Assembly (NCBI GenBank): GCA_965219955.1
Contig: OZ244799.1
Span: forward strand, 4,032,001 to 4,096,000
DNA length: 64,000 bases
DNA from: a bacterium
GTDB lineage: Bacteria > UBA8248
Reading direction: 5' to 3'
Below are positions 1 to 9,274 of the stretch, in pieces; position 1 is the first letter of the stretch, and every line of letters starts with the position of its first letter. Below the pieces are notes generated by a model. It ran no database searches. It worked only from the letters and a program-made list of their open reading frames with translations, and was not told the origin of the DNA. The position numbers were made by a program, and so were the translations under genes.

Positions 1-28
1 CCCGAAGCTCTTCGCGTTCTTCCGCGAC

Positions 29-2080
29 GTGCCGGGGCCGCTGCGCATCACCGACTTCCCGGCCTATATCAGCTCGATCGGCTTCTCGGCAGACTTCCTG
101 CCGTCGACGCCGAAGACTTTCCAGGGAACGCCGATGCGTCACCGGGGGGTGCACGTCGGCAGCTTCTTCCTCGCCGGGAAGGAAGGCGGTGAGACGTTCA
201 CCGACGAGGACGAGGCGGTGCTGGTGCTGTTCGCCGCGCAGGCAGCTGCAGCCATCGCCCATGCCCGCGCCTACCATGACGAGCGGCGCGCCCGCGCCGA
301 CCTCGAAGCGCTCATCGAGACCTCGCCGGTTGGAGTGGTCGTGTTCGACGCGACGAGTGGCAACCCGATATCGCTCAACCGCGAGGCGCGGCGGATCGTC
401 GAGAGCCTCCTCAAGCCGGTGCGGGCCGCCGAGGACCTCCTGCGAACGATCAATTGCCGGCGCGGCGACGGGCGTGAGATCGCGCTCACCGAGTTGCCCA
501 TGGCCGCGGCGCTGAGCAGCGCGGAGACGGTGCGCGCCGAGGAGATCGAACTCTCGGTTCCCGACGGGCGCAGCGTGAAGGTACTGGTCAACGCGACCCC
601 GATCCGCGTCGAGGACGGCTCGCTCGTCTCCATGGTGGTCACCATGCAGGATCTCGCGCCGCTCGAGGATCTGGAGCGCATGCGCGCGGAGTTTCTCGGC
701 ATGGTGAGCCACGAGTTGCGCGCGCCTCTGGCCTCGATAAAGGGATCGGCCGCCACGGTGCTCGGCCGCTCGCGGAACTTCGCACCGGCAGAAATCGAAC
801 AGTTCTTTCGCATCATCGAGGAGCAGGCCGACCGCATGGACAGCCTGATCGGCGACCTGCTCGACGCCGGGCGCATCGAGACGGGCACGCTCTCGGTCGC
901 GCCCGAGCCTTCGGAGGTGGTGGACCTGCTCGACCGGGCGCGCACCACTTTCCTTTCCGGCGGCGGCCGTCACCGGGTGGTCATTGACCTGCCGCCGGAC
1001 CTCCCCCAGGTTTTGGCCGACCGGGCGCGCATCGTGCAAGTGCTGAACAACCTGCTCGCCAACGCCGCCCGGTACTCGCCAGAGTCTTCGCCAATCCGGA
1101 TCGAGGCGGCCTGTGAGGGCGTCCACGTCGCGATAGCGATATCCGACGAGGGTCACGGCCTTACACCGGAGCGGCTGGCGAAGCTGTTCCGCAAATATGC
1201 CCGCGACGGGAAGCGCTGGGCCGGGGGCGGGCTCGGTCTCGCTATCTGCAAGGGCCTGGTCGAGGCGCATGGCGGTCGTATCCGGGCCGAGAGCGGCGGG
1301 CCCGGCCAGGGAGCGCGCTTCACCTTCACGCTTCCGGCGGCCGACGATACCGGCGGTACCAGTGCCGAGCGAAGTCGTACGACGGCACGTATCGACGACG
1401 GCGAACGGACGCGCATCCTCGTGGTCGACGACGATCCGGAGACGCTGCGCTTTGTCCGCGACGCACTCGGCGAGGCGGGCTACGCCCAGGTGGTGACGGG
1501 CAACCATGATGAACTCTCTTACGTCCTCGAGACGGAGAAGCCCGCCCTGGTCCTGCTCGACCTGATGCTGCCGGGGACCGACGGCATCGAACTGATGGAA
1601 CAGGTTCCCGGGCTCTCGGACGTCCCGGTCGTTTTCATCTCCGGCTACGGCCGGGACGAGACGATCGCGCGGGCGCTCGAGGCCGGCGCCGAGGACTACA
1701 TCGTCAAGCCCTTCTCGCCGACCGAACTGGTGGCGCGGGTCCGGGCAGCGCTCCGGCGCCGGACCAAGCCGGAACCCTTCATTCTTGGCGACCTCGCCAT
1801 CGACTACGACCGGCGCCGGGTGAGCGTCGGCGGACGCCTGGTCGCGCTCACGGCAACGGAATACGATCTGCTACGCACCCTCTCGCTGGGCGCCGGGCGT
1901 GTGTTGACATACGATGCCCTGCTGCGACAGGTCTGGAGCGGGCGGAACAGCGACGCGAAGATCGTGCGGGCCTACGTCAAGAGGCTGCGCAGGAAGCTCG
2001 GCGACGACGCCAAGAGGCCCACCTACATCCTGACCGAGCTCCGAGTCGGCTACCGCATGCCCCGTCCGGGCGACCCGTAA
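29..2080 (+). CDS. Hybrid sensor histidine kinase/response regulator (GAF-PAS-HisKA-HATPase-REC-OmpR wHTH); true start probably upstream of the window
   Basis: SHELRAPL H-box, NLLANA N-box, GGGLGLAI G-box, ILVVDDD/LLDLMLPG receiver, C-terminal LTATEYDLL...YVKRLRRKL...VGYR winged helix. Confidence 0.9.
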   Translation: MPGPLRITDFPAYISSIGFSADFLPSTPKTFQGTPMRHRGVHVGSFFLAGKEGGETFTDEDEAVLVLFAAQAAAAIAHARAYHDERRARADLEALIETSPVGVVVFDATSGNPISLNREARRIVESLLKPVRAAEDLLRTINCRRGDGREIALTELPMAAALSSAETVRAEEIELSVPDGRSVKVLVNATPIRVEDGSLVSMVVTMQDLAPLEDLERMRAEFLGMVSHELRAPLASIKGSAATVLGRSRNFAPAEIEQFFRIIEEQADRMDSLIGDLLDAGRIETGTLSVAPEPSEVVDLLDRARTTFLSGGGRHRVVIDLPPDLPQVLADRARIVQVLNNLLANAARYSPESSPIRIEAACEGVHVAIAISDEGHGLTPERLAKLFRKYARDGKRWAGGGLGLAICKGLVEAHGGRIRAESGGPGQGARFTFTLPAADDTGGTSAERSRTTARIDDGERTRILVVDDDPETLRFVRDALGEAGYAQVVTGNHDELSYVLETEKPALVLLDLMLPGTDGIELMEQVPGLSDVPVVFISGYGRDETIARALEAGAEDYIVKPFSPTELVARVRAALRRRTKPEPFILGDLAIDYDRRRVSVGGRLVALTATEYDLLRTLSLGAGRVLTYDALLRQVWSGRNSDAKIVRAYVKRLRRKLGDDAKRPTYILTELRVGYRMPRPGDP

Positions 2081-2096
2081 ACGCCCGGGTGCCGGC

Positions 2097-2321
2097 GTGG
2101 TGCAGAAGATGATGTGCCCGCTCCTGCTCACCCACGGGATCGACGACAAGCAGATGCCCACGCGCGACGCGCGCGAACTCTTCGGCGCCGTGGACTCGAA
2201 GGACAAAATGCTCAAGATCTTCACCGTCAGGGAAGGCGGTTCCCGGCATTGCCAGCGCGACAACCTCTCGCTCGGTGTCACCTACATCGCCGACTGGCTG
2301 ATGGAGAAGCTCAAGCCGTGA
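2097..2321 (+). pseudogene. C-terminal fragment of an alpha/beta hydrolase (esterase/FrsA-like)
   Basis: PLLLTHGxxD...GGxxHCQxDN holds the acid and His residues of the fold; no nucleophile-bearing N-terminal half. Confidence 0.6.
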
Positions 2322-2358
2322 GGCTCGAACCCGACCGATGAGGGAGAGTTACGGTTTT

Positions 2359-2526
2359 GTAGGGGCCGCATAAATGCGGCCCAAACGATGGCTGGCGAAA
2401 AAGGGTCGCATATATGCGACCCCTACGGATCAATTCCTATCTCAATCGGCTTGTTCTAATCACCTCATTACGGTGTCAAACACATCGAGGAAGCTGGTGG
2501 TAGGGACAGGTCGAGTCCTGTCCTAC
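2359..2526. repeat. GTAG-tagged REP-like palindromes (doublet plus single)
   Basis: GTAGGGGCCGCATAAATGCGGCCC / GGGTCGCATATATGCGACCCCTAC and GTAGGGACAGG...CCTGTCCTAC. Confidence 0.8.
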
Positions 2527-2529
2527 AGG

Positions 2530-3153
2530 CTATTTCCCCGCAAGCCACGCCTCCGCATCCTTCCGGACGGCCGCCTCTTCCGCGCTGTGCTGGAGCACGA
2601 TGTCCCCGGCGGGCGGGTGGCCGATTTTCGCGTTCCGCCAGCAATGGTAGCGGATGGCCGCCGGGTAGCCTGCGAGGTCGATGGAGGCGTAGAACGAGGC
2701 GGGCACTTCGTCGGGCTTGTACGGGTCCATCCGGTCTTTTTCGTAGATGTTGGTTCGCTTCCAGATGCGCCACGCGCCGTCTCGTTTCTCCAGCAGGGCG
2801 AGCACGCGGCTCCAGGTCGTGAAATCGAGTTCCACGCCGTCGATGAACCTTCGCTGGTAGAGGATCAGGTCGTGCTCGGCGGCGGCGCGCGCGCCTGCCA
2901 GGCGCACCCAGGGGTTCGTGACGGTGTGCTTCTGGCTCTCGCCGGGGTGGCGGGCGACCTTCATCTTCTTCGCGGCTTCGACGAACTCATCCCGCGTTCC
3001 GCTGAACCAGGAAGTCGTGAGCGTGGCGTCTTCGTGATAGCAATCTCGCCACGCCTCCCAGAGGCCTGCGTCGCGCGCGTAGTTCACGACTGAGAGAACG
3101 TCCTTTATCTCGTTCTTGTCGACGCTCTCCTGAATTCTTTTGTCCGCTTCCAC
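2530..3153 (-). CDS. SnoaL-like/NTF2-family protein
   Basis: IKDVLSVVNYARDAGLWEAWRDCYHEDA and LLEKRDGAWRIWKR; GTG start with GAGGAAAGG RBS. Confidence 0.8.
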   Translation of the reverse strand: MEADKRIQESVDKNEIKDVLSVVNYARDAGLWEAWRDCYHEDATLTTSWFSGTRDEFVEAAKKMKVARHPGESQKHTVTNPWVRLAGARAAAEHDLILYQRRFIDGVELDFTTWSRVLALLEKRDGAWRIWKRTNIYEKDRMDPYKPDEVPASFYASIDLAGYPAAIRYHCWRNAKIGHPPAGDIVLQHSAEEAAVRKDAEAWLAGK

Positions 3154-3167
3154 CGAAGATCCTTTCC

Positions 3168-3584
3168 TCAAACGAACTCGTGCACTTCGGCGAACATGCC
3201 CTTCACGACGCCCCCGCTCAGGTGGCCGACCAGGACTTCGCCGGGCTGGTAGGGGCCGCCGCTCAGCGCCAGGTGGAGGTGGATGTAGGGCTTGGGTTCC
3301 TCCCACGTCTCGTCCCCGCGGACGGCGGGCGGTTTCTCGGGCCAGGAGATGTTGCCTACGGCGATGAGTTCGCGCCAGTCGTGGAAATAGCGCTGCGCCG
3401 ATGGGCCGATGATGTCTCTGAAACCCGTGCGTATGTCCGATTCCTTGAGCGCGCCGAACACGATGAGCGATGCGCTCCGTATGTTCTTCTCGATGACGAA
3501 ACGCTCGAACTCCCCGAAGAAATCATCGTCCTCATCGAATTCCAGATGAAAGACGCGGCCCAGTTTCTTCTCTTCCGCTCGCAT
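3168..3584 (-). CDS. PPC/DUF296 domain protein
   Basis: GAL...ELIAVGNIS...YIHLHLALSG...VGHL motifs. Confidence 0.8.
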   Translation of the reverse strand: MRAEEKKLGRVFHLEFDEDDDFFGEFERFVIEKNIRSASLIVFGALKESDIRTGFRDIIGPSAQRYFHDWRELIAVGNISWPEKPPAVRGDETWEEPKPYIHLHLALSGGPYQPGEVLVGHLSGGVVKGMFAEVHEFV

Positions 3585-3586
3585 TC

Positions 3587-4450
3587 CTATCCCTCCTTCA
3601 CCTCCGCGTAGAGGTTTTCGAGCCCCCGCCGGAACGTCCGCCTCCTGTGCGCGATCCACGATTCGCCGCGTCCCGTATCGGACCAGAAGAATTTCTCGAA
3701 CGAATCGTCGGTTGAGACGTCCTCCTGCGTCATGCCCTTTTCCACCAATCCTTCCATGATTCCCCACATCTCCTCGAATTCGTTCCTGAAACGCCGCACT
3801 TCCCCGACGCCGCATATCTCCCCGTGGCCAGGGACGACGTGCGCGACGGGCAGGCGCTCCATCCAGGCGAGCGCCTCGATCCACTCCCGAAAGCGCGCCT
3901 CGCGCATCCCGGGGCCCGGCTCGTTGATCATCACGTCACCCGTGAAGATGACGCCTTCCTCGGGCACGTACACCGAACTGCATGCGGGCGTGTGGCCGCC
4001 CAGGCGGTAAATCTCGAACGTCAGGGGATGCAGGTGGAGCGTCATCACCTCATCGAAACAAACTTGAGGCAGGGGGAGGACAGCCTCCGCGATCTCTTTC
4101 GCCTCATCATGCGCGCCGATGTCATCCAGCGTGTCGATGAAAGTCTCGCGTCCGGCTAGAGAGCCGCCCTTCGCGGCGAGCGCATCATATACGCGCTGCG
4201 GCGCGATGGAGACGACATCCGCATCCTCGATGAACGCGGCGCCGATGGTGTGATCACCGTGATAATCCGTCGAAATGCGGTAGCGGATGCCTTCGGGGCT
4301 AAGCGCCCTCAGTTTTTCCTGCCAGTTCCTTGAGTCCGAGGGCCGCACGGGGCAGTCGATGAGCACCACACCGGCCTCGGTGACGGCAGCGCCCACGTTC
4401 GCCCACAGATATTCGGTCTCCGCAACGAGATGATCACTCAGGCGCCGCAT
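3587..4450 (-). CDS. MBL-fold metallo-hydrolase
   Basis: TDYHGDH (variant HxHxDH), GGHT, FTGD, VVPGHG. Confidence 0.9.
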   Translation of the reverse strand: MRRLSDHLVAETEYLWANVGAAVTEAGVVLIDCPVRPSDSRNWQEKLRALSPEGIRYRISTDYHGDHTIGAAFIEDADVVSIAPQRVYDALAAKGGSLAGRETFIDTLDDIGAHDEAKEIAEAVLPLPQVCFDEVMTLHLHPLTFEIYRLGGHTPACSSVYVPEEGVIFTGDVMINEPGPGMREARFREWIEALAWMERLPVAHVVPGHGEICGVGEVRRFRNEFEEMWGIMEGLVEKGMTQEDVSTDDSFEKFFWSDTGRGESWIAHRRRTFRRGLENLYAEVKEG

Positions 4451-4540
4451 ATCCGGTTCCGCCCAATCGAGAAAACGCAGAGGCGGGGGCGCGACTCCAC
4501 CCCCGCCTGATTCATCAACTTCCTGGTAACGCCTGTGTTC

Positions 4541-5530
4541 CTAGTTCCTGATCTTCACCCCTGCATTCTTGTAGATGTCCTTGTTGCTCTCGTATTCCGC
4601 TCTCACCTCTTTCAGGAGCTTCTCGCCGACGACAGGCTCGGCCTTGACGCCCATCTTCCTGAGCAGGCGCTTGAAGGTCTTGTCCTTCGCCACCTTGAGC
4701 AGGGCCTTCTCCAGGATGTCGATCCTGTCCTTGGGCGTTCCCGCGGGCACCATGACGATGCGCTTCGAAGACAGCAGAAGGTCCACCCCCTGCTCCCTGA
4801 AGGTCGGCACGTCCGGGAAAAGCGGGAACCGCTTGGCGGCGGCGATGCCCAGAATGCGGATTTTGCCGGACTTGTAGTTGGAGAGAACGCCGCCCGTCGC
4901 CGGGTTGGCGCCCGCCGTTTGCACGTGCCCGCCCAGCATGGCCTTCATGGCCGGGCCGCCGCCGCGGAAGGGAACGTGGGGCAACGGCGCCTTCGTGTCG
5001 TAGGCGATCTTGAGCATCATGGTGTGGCTCAGGCCATAGGTTCCCGTGGAGCCGTGCTTGATCTTGCCTTTGCTCTTTTTCGCCGCGGCGATGTATTCCT
5101 TGAAGTTCTTCCACGGCTGGTTCCCCAGCGTGACCAGCAGGTAGGGGAGTTCGTTGATCTGGAACACGGGGATGAAATCCTTGAAGGGGTCGAAGCCCAT
5201 GTCCTTCACGTGGGGCGACATGTAGAGATGGCTGTTCGCGCCCATCGCGAGGGTATAGCCGTCGGGCTTGGCGCGCTTGAGCGCTCCCATCCCAATCTTT
5301 CCGCCGCCGCCCGGCACGAGCTGCACGTAAGCGGGCTGACCGATGTACTGGTGCAGCACGCTGGCCACGGCGCGCGAGTGGAGGTCGTGCGATCCGCCCG
5401 CGCCCAGGGGCACGATGATCTTGATGGGTTTCGAGGGGTACTTCTCCGCCGCGGCGGGGAGGGCGGTGAAAGCGAGGAGCCCAAGCGACAGAACCGCCGC
5501 CAGGGCGATCTTCCAGGATTTGCGCATCAT
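4541..5530 (-). CDS. tctC: Tripartite tricarboxylate transporter substrate-binding protein (Bug/TctC)
   Basis: Signal peptide, YPSKPIKIIVPLGAGGSHD, KPDGYTL, HVPFRGGG. Confidence 0.92.
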   Translation of the reverse strand: MMRKSWKIALAAVLSLGLLAFTALPAAAEKYPSKPIKIIVPLGAGGSHDLHSRAVASVLHQYIGQPAYVQLVPGGGGKIGMGALKRAKPDGYTLAMGANSHLYMSPHVKDMGFDPFKDFIPVFQINELPYLLVTLGNQPWKNFKEYIAAAKKSKGKIKHGSTGTYGLSHTMMLKIAYDTKAPLPHVPFRGGGPAMKAMLGGHVQTAGANPATGGVLSNYKSGKIRILGIAAAKRFPLFPDVPTFREQGVDLLLSSKRIVMVPAGTPKDRIDILEKALLKVAKDKTFKRLLRKMGVKAEPVVGEKLLKEVRAEYESNKDIYKNAGVKIRN

Positions 5531-7065
5531 TTTGGTTCCTCCTTTGAATTGGATGAATCGGCCACCGTTTGCGGCCTCAAGGTCTCGGCCCACGGTCGCT
5601 TCCAGATGCTGGTCACCAGCATGAGCACGGTCAAACCGATGAAAAAGGCCGCGATGGGACGGGTGATGAAGACAGAATAATCGCCGTCGGAGATGATAAG
5701 CGCCTGCTGAAGCGCTTCTTCCGCCCTGGGCGCCAGGATGAACGCGATGACGAGCGGGGCCATCGGAAATTTCAGTTTTCTGAACCCGTATCCGAACAGG
5801 CCCGCGATGAGCGCGAGAACGAGGTCGCCCAGGTTGCTGTGATAGACGTACGCCCCCACCAGACAGGAAACGATGATGCCGGGCACCAGCAACGACTGGC
5901 GGATCGTGACGATCTTGGCGAACATGCCCGTCAAGAGCCAGCCCTGAACCAGCATGATGGGGTTCCCGATAAGCAGCAGGGTGAAGATGGCGTACATGAC
6001 GGGGGCGTGTTCCTGGAAAAGGCTCGGCCCCGGCCGCAACCCCTGGGCGATGAACGCGCCCATGAGAATCGCCGCGCTCGGGTCCCCGGGTATTCCGAAC
6101 GTGAGGGTGGGGATGAGGTCCGCACCCGCGACGGCGCTGTTGGCGGCTTCAGAGGCCGCGACGCCCTCGTAGCTGCCGTGGCCGTATTCTTCGGGTTTCT
6201 TGGAAGCCCGCTTCGACGCCGCGTAGCTCACGAAGGTGGCGATGGCCGCTCCCGTGCCCGGAATCGCGCCGACGAAGGTGCCTATCATGGACGAGCGCAC
6301 GATGGTGCGCGCCGAATGCCAGACCTCGATGATCCTGAGTTTCCTGCCGCCTCGCAGATGCAGGGTATCGGGCGGACTCGAGAGGACGGAAGCCTTTTTT
6401 TCCGCCTGTATGAACACCTCGCTCACGGCGAAAAGTCCGATGAGCAGGGGAACCACCCCAATCCCTTCGGCCAGTCCGTGAAGACCGAACGTGAAGCGCT
6501 CCCCGCCCGAGATGATGTCCGTGCCCACCATGCCGAGTTGGAGCCCGATGAGGGCCGACAGCACGCCCTTCACCAGGGAGGCGCCCGTCACGCTGGAGAT
6601 GATGGCCAGCCCCATGAGCAGGAGTCCGAAAAACTCGGTCGGCCCGAACAGGAGCGCCACAGCGGCCAGCGGAAGCGCCGCGAGAATCAGCACGAGATCG
6701 CTGAAAGTATCGCCGATGGTGGAGGAGTAGAGCGCCATCTGGATCGCGCTCCTCGCCTCTCCTTTTTGCGCGAGCGGAAACCCGTCCATACACGTCGCCG
6801 CCGCGGGCGCGGTTCCCGGCGTATTCACCAGAATGGCGGGGATGGAGCCTCCGAAAAGGGTTCCCTTGTGAATCCCGAGCAAGAAGGGAATGCCCAGCAC
6901 GGGCGGCATGAAAAAGGAGAAGGGAACCAGGATCGCCGTCGCCATCACGCTGGTGAGCCCCGGAATGGCGCCCACCGTGATGCCCACGAAGACGCCCAGC
7001 GCTATCATGGCGATACCCTGCCACGTGAGTGCCATCATGACTCCCTCGAGTATCTGTTCGAACAT
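5527..7065 (-). CDS. tctA: TTT large permease TctA
   Basis: GAIPGL, GGSIPAILVNTPGT, DGFPLAQKG, EAANSA, GIPGD. Confidence 0.95.
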   Translation of the reverse strand: MFEQILEGVMMALTWQGIAMIALGVFVGITVGAIPGLTSVMATAILVPFSFFMPPVLGIPFLLGIHKGTLFGGSIPAILVNTPGTAPAAATCMDGFPLAQKGEARSAIQMALYSSTIGDTFSDLVLILAALPLAAVALLFGPTEFFGLLLMGLAIISSVTGASLVKGVLSALIGLQLGMVGTDIISGGERFTFGLHGLAEGIGVVPLLIGLFAVSEVFIQAEKKASVLSSPPDTLHLRGGRKLRIIEVWHSARTIVRSSMIGTFVGAIPGTGAAIATFVSYAASKRASKKPEEYGHGSYEGVAASEAANSAVAGADLIPTLTFGIPGDPSAAILMGAFIAQGLRPGPSLFQEHAPVMYAIFTLLLIGNPIMLVQGWLLTGMFAKIVTIRQSLLVPGIIVSCLVGAYVYHSNLGDLVLALIAGLFGYGFRKLKFPMAPLVIAFILAPRAEEALQQALIISDGDYSVFITRPIAAFFIGLTVLMLVTSIWKRPWAETLRPQTVADSSNSKEEPK

Positions 7066-7072
7066 ACGCGCC

Positions 7073-7549
7073 CTAACTGAAGAGGCTGCCCTCGGGCAGC
7101 GCCAGCTTGAAGGCGAACCAGAAGAAATAGTTCACCACGACGGGAAACAGGAGCGACATCGCCGCGACGTAGCGCCAGTCGCGCGTGCCCATGGACGTAA
7201 CGAGGATTGCGAGAAATACGGGAGTACTCACCAGAAAGCCGAAATACGCCAAAGACTCGACGTAGACGTAGCAAAGAACGAAAACGGCGCAGACTTGCAC
7301 GAGCGCCCTTTTGCTCGAAATCACCTGCCCGCCCGCTTCACCCCGCCTGAGAGCCCCGAAGAGGAACATCGCGCTCACCAGCCCGAAGGTGACGACGGCG
7401 GAGGTGGGGAAGAAAGTGGGCAAAAAGACGGCGTTCGTGACTTCTTCGGGCGGAATGGCGTATTGAATCTGTGTGGGAATGATATAGAAAAAGCCGATGA
7501 CGCTATAGAGTATAAAAATGACGGCTGTGTAAATATCGGCTTTCCGCAC
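7073..7549 (-). CDS. tctB: TTT small permease TctB
   Basis: About four TM segments, PxFFP, C-terminal LPEG, adjacent to tctA. Confidence 0.85.
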   Translation of the reverse strand: MRKADIYTAVIFILYSVIGFFYIIPTQIQYAIPPEEVTNAVFLPTFFPTSAVVTFGLVSAMFLFGALRRGEAGGQVISSKRALVQVCAVFVLCYVYVESLAYFGFLVSTPVFLAILVTSMGTRDWRYVAAMSLLFPVVVNYFFWFAFKLALPEGSLFS

Positions 7550-7785
7550 GTCCGGCCCTCTTCACGGATGTGGAACACTGGACGCGCCGAGAACGAAGTC
7601 CAGATTCCGGGACGCTGAAACCCCCTTCCGTCTTATCTGCGTATATCAAACAGGCTAGCAAGAATCGCCGCATGTGTCATCCCGGAACGACATCCGAAGA
7701 CAGCGTGAAAGATGGCGCATGTTGTGGGAAAATGAACCATTCACCGGAAAATTCTCGCAATTCGCATTCGATGAGGAGTCATCCC

Positions 7786-8439
7786 GTGTCCAGAGTCCCG
7801 TTGCTCGGCAAAGAGGGTGCGGAGGGTGAAATTGCGCGCACCTTCGACATCCTGAACAACTTCCAAAGCAGGCAGGTCAACTCCACCCGGGCGACGGCGC
7901 ACTCCCCGTTTCTCGCGCGCATCTTCTATCCCCTCGTCCAGACACTGATGCGCGAGGGGCTCGGTACCGTCCTCTCTTCCAAAATAAAAGAGATCGCTGT
8001 CATCAAGACCAGCCAGTTGAACGGGTGCGACTACTGACTCGCCCACAACACCGCTCTCGGCCGGGTGCTGGGAATCACCGAGGAACACGTCGCCGCCATC
8101 GGCTCGGATGAGTACATGGATTCGCCGCTGCTGACCCCAAGGGAAAAGGCGACCGTCCTGTGGGCCGAACACGTGACGCGCAACTCCGCCAAATCAAGGG
8201 ACGACGTGGCGGAGGAAGTGCAAAAGTATTTCACGAACGCCGAGTTTGTGGAGCTCACCTTCGTCATCAGCTACTTCAACATGCGAAACCGCTACCACGA
8301 CTCCCTCAAGCTGCCGAATGATGAGGTAGATATCATCGAGGACGTGGACCGCCTCCGGCCCGACCCGGAAAAACTCAAGGTTTATCTGCAGGAAGTTCTC
8401 GACAACTGGCCGGACGCCTTCCCCGAACCCAACGATTGA
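7786..8439 (+). CDS. AhpD/carboxymuconolactone decarboxylase-like selenoprotein (C-D-Y-U; TGA at 8035-8037)
   Basis: ORFs 7570-8037 and 8065-8439 are in frame and join as KEIAVIKTSQLNGCDY-U-LAHNTALG (AhpD CxxC..H); GTG start after GAGGAG; hairpin at 8042-8072. Confidence 0.85.
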
Positions 8440-8506
8440 GCTCACACGCGCGCGCAAGGGTGAAACGACGAACATTCACGAACACGCCAAAGAGGAGAAG
8501 CGATAA

Positions 8507-9229
8507 ATGGACCGAGGAATCTGGGCGGTATGGTACGACCTTCCCGAAGAGGGAGCGGATGAATACGTCTCCTGGCTTCATGAGACCCACATTCCCGAGG
8601 CACTCGGGCGACCGGGCTACCTGTGGGCTGCACACGTGAAGAACGTCGTCACGCCCGAGCGTGAGGAGCGGATCCGGGGCGTTGTCCATCATACGGACGA
8701 CTCAAGCGTGCCTAAGGGAGTTCAGTACCTGATGCTCTACGGCGCGCTCTCGCCGAACGCTTTTCTGGACCCGAGTCCCGAGCAGATGGCGGAGAAGATG
8801 ACGGCGGATGACCGGGAAATGCTCGGCAGGCGAATGAACGCGCGATCCTGCATCTTCATGGAGCACAACCGTATCGACGGCCCCGAGGCCAGGACCCGCG
8901 CGCCCGGCATCACGCCCGGTCCGGGTATCCAGTTCGGGACCTTCAACATCAACGCCGTCGAGAACGAGGACGAGCTCGGTTGCTGGTACTCCCAGGTGCG
9001 TATGCCGCGCCTGACGAGCATGGAGGGCTGCGTCGGCGCGCGGAACCTCGTATCGGTCTCGGGCTGGGCGAAACACGGCATTCTTTACGAGTGGGTTTCC
9101 CTGGAATCGCTTCAGAAGAATTTCACGACGGAGAAGATACCCCGCTCGCGCCAGGCCGTGAACACCCTCGTCCATGCACCCAGTTCTCCCAGCCTGGGAG
9201 AGCGTATCTGGCCGCCGGCGGGGGGATAG
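8507..9229 (+). CDS. Hypothetical protein with two dimeric alpha/beta-barrel (EthD/DUF4286-like) repeats
   Basis: Two WY/WL-x-x-x-H/R-x-P-x-x-x-x-x-x-G units; GAGGAG RBS. Confidence 0.6.
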   Translation: MDRGIWAVWYDLPEEGADEYVSWLHETHIPEALGRPGYLWAAHVKNVVTPEREERIRGVVHHTDDSSVPKGVQYLMLYGALSPNAFLDPSPEQMAEKMTADDREMLGRRMNARSCIFMEHNRIDGPEARTRAPGITPGPGIQFGTFNINAVENEDELGCWYSQVRMPRLTSMEGCVGARNLVSVSGWAKHGILYEWVSLESLQKNFTTEKIPRSRQAVNTLVHAPSSPSLGERIWPPAGG

Positions 9230-9274
9230 TTAATTTTCAGGCCTTCGTCGTGGTGGTGAACAAGCACCCCACAA

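Noticed and set aside
7786-8439. Nonsense-mutation pseudogene or TGA=Trp genetic code as the explanation for the split genes
   Set aside because: All four in-frame TGAs fall at redox-Cys motif positions, Trp is encoded by TGG, and TGA is the normal stop of many genes here.
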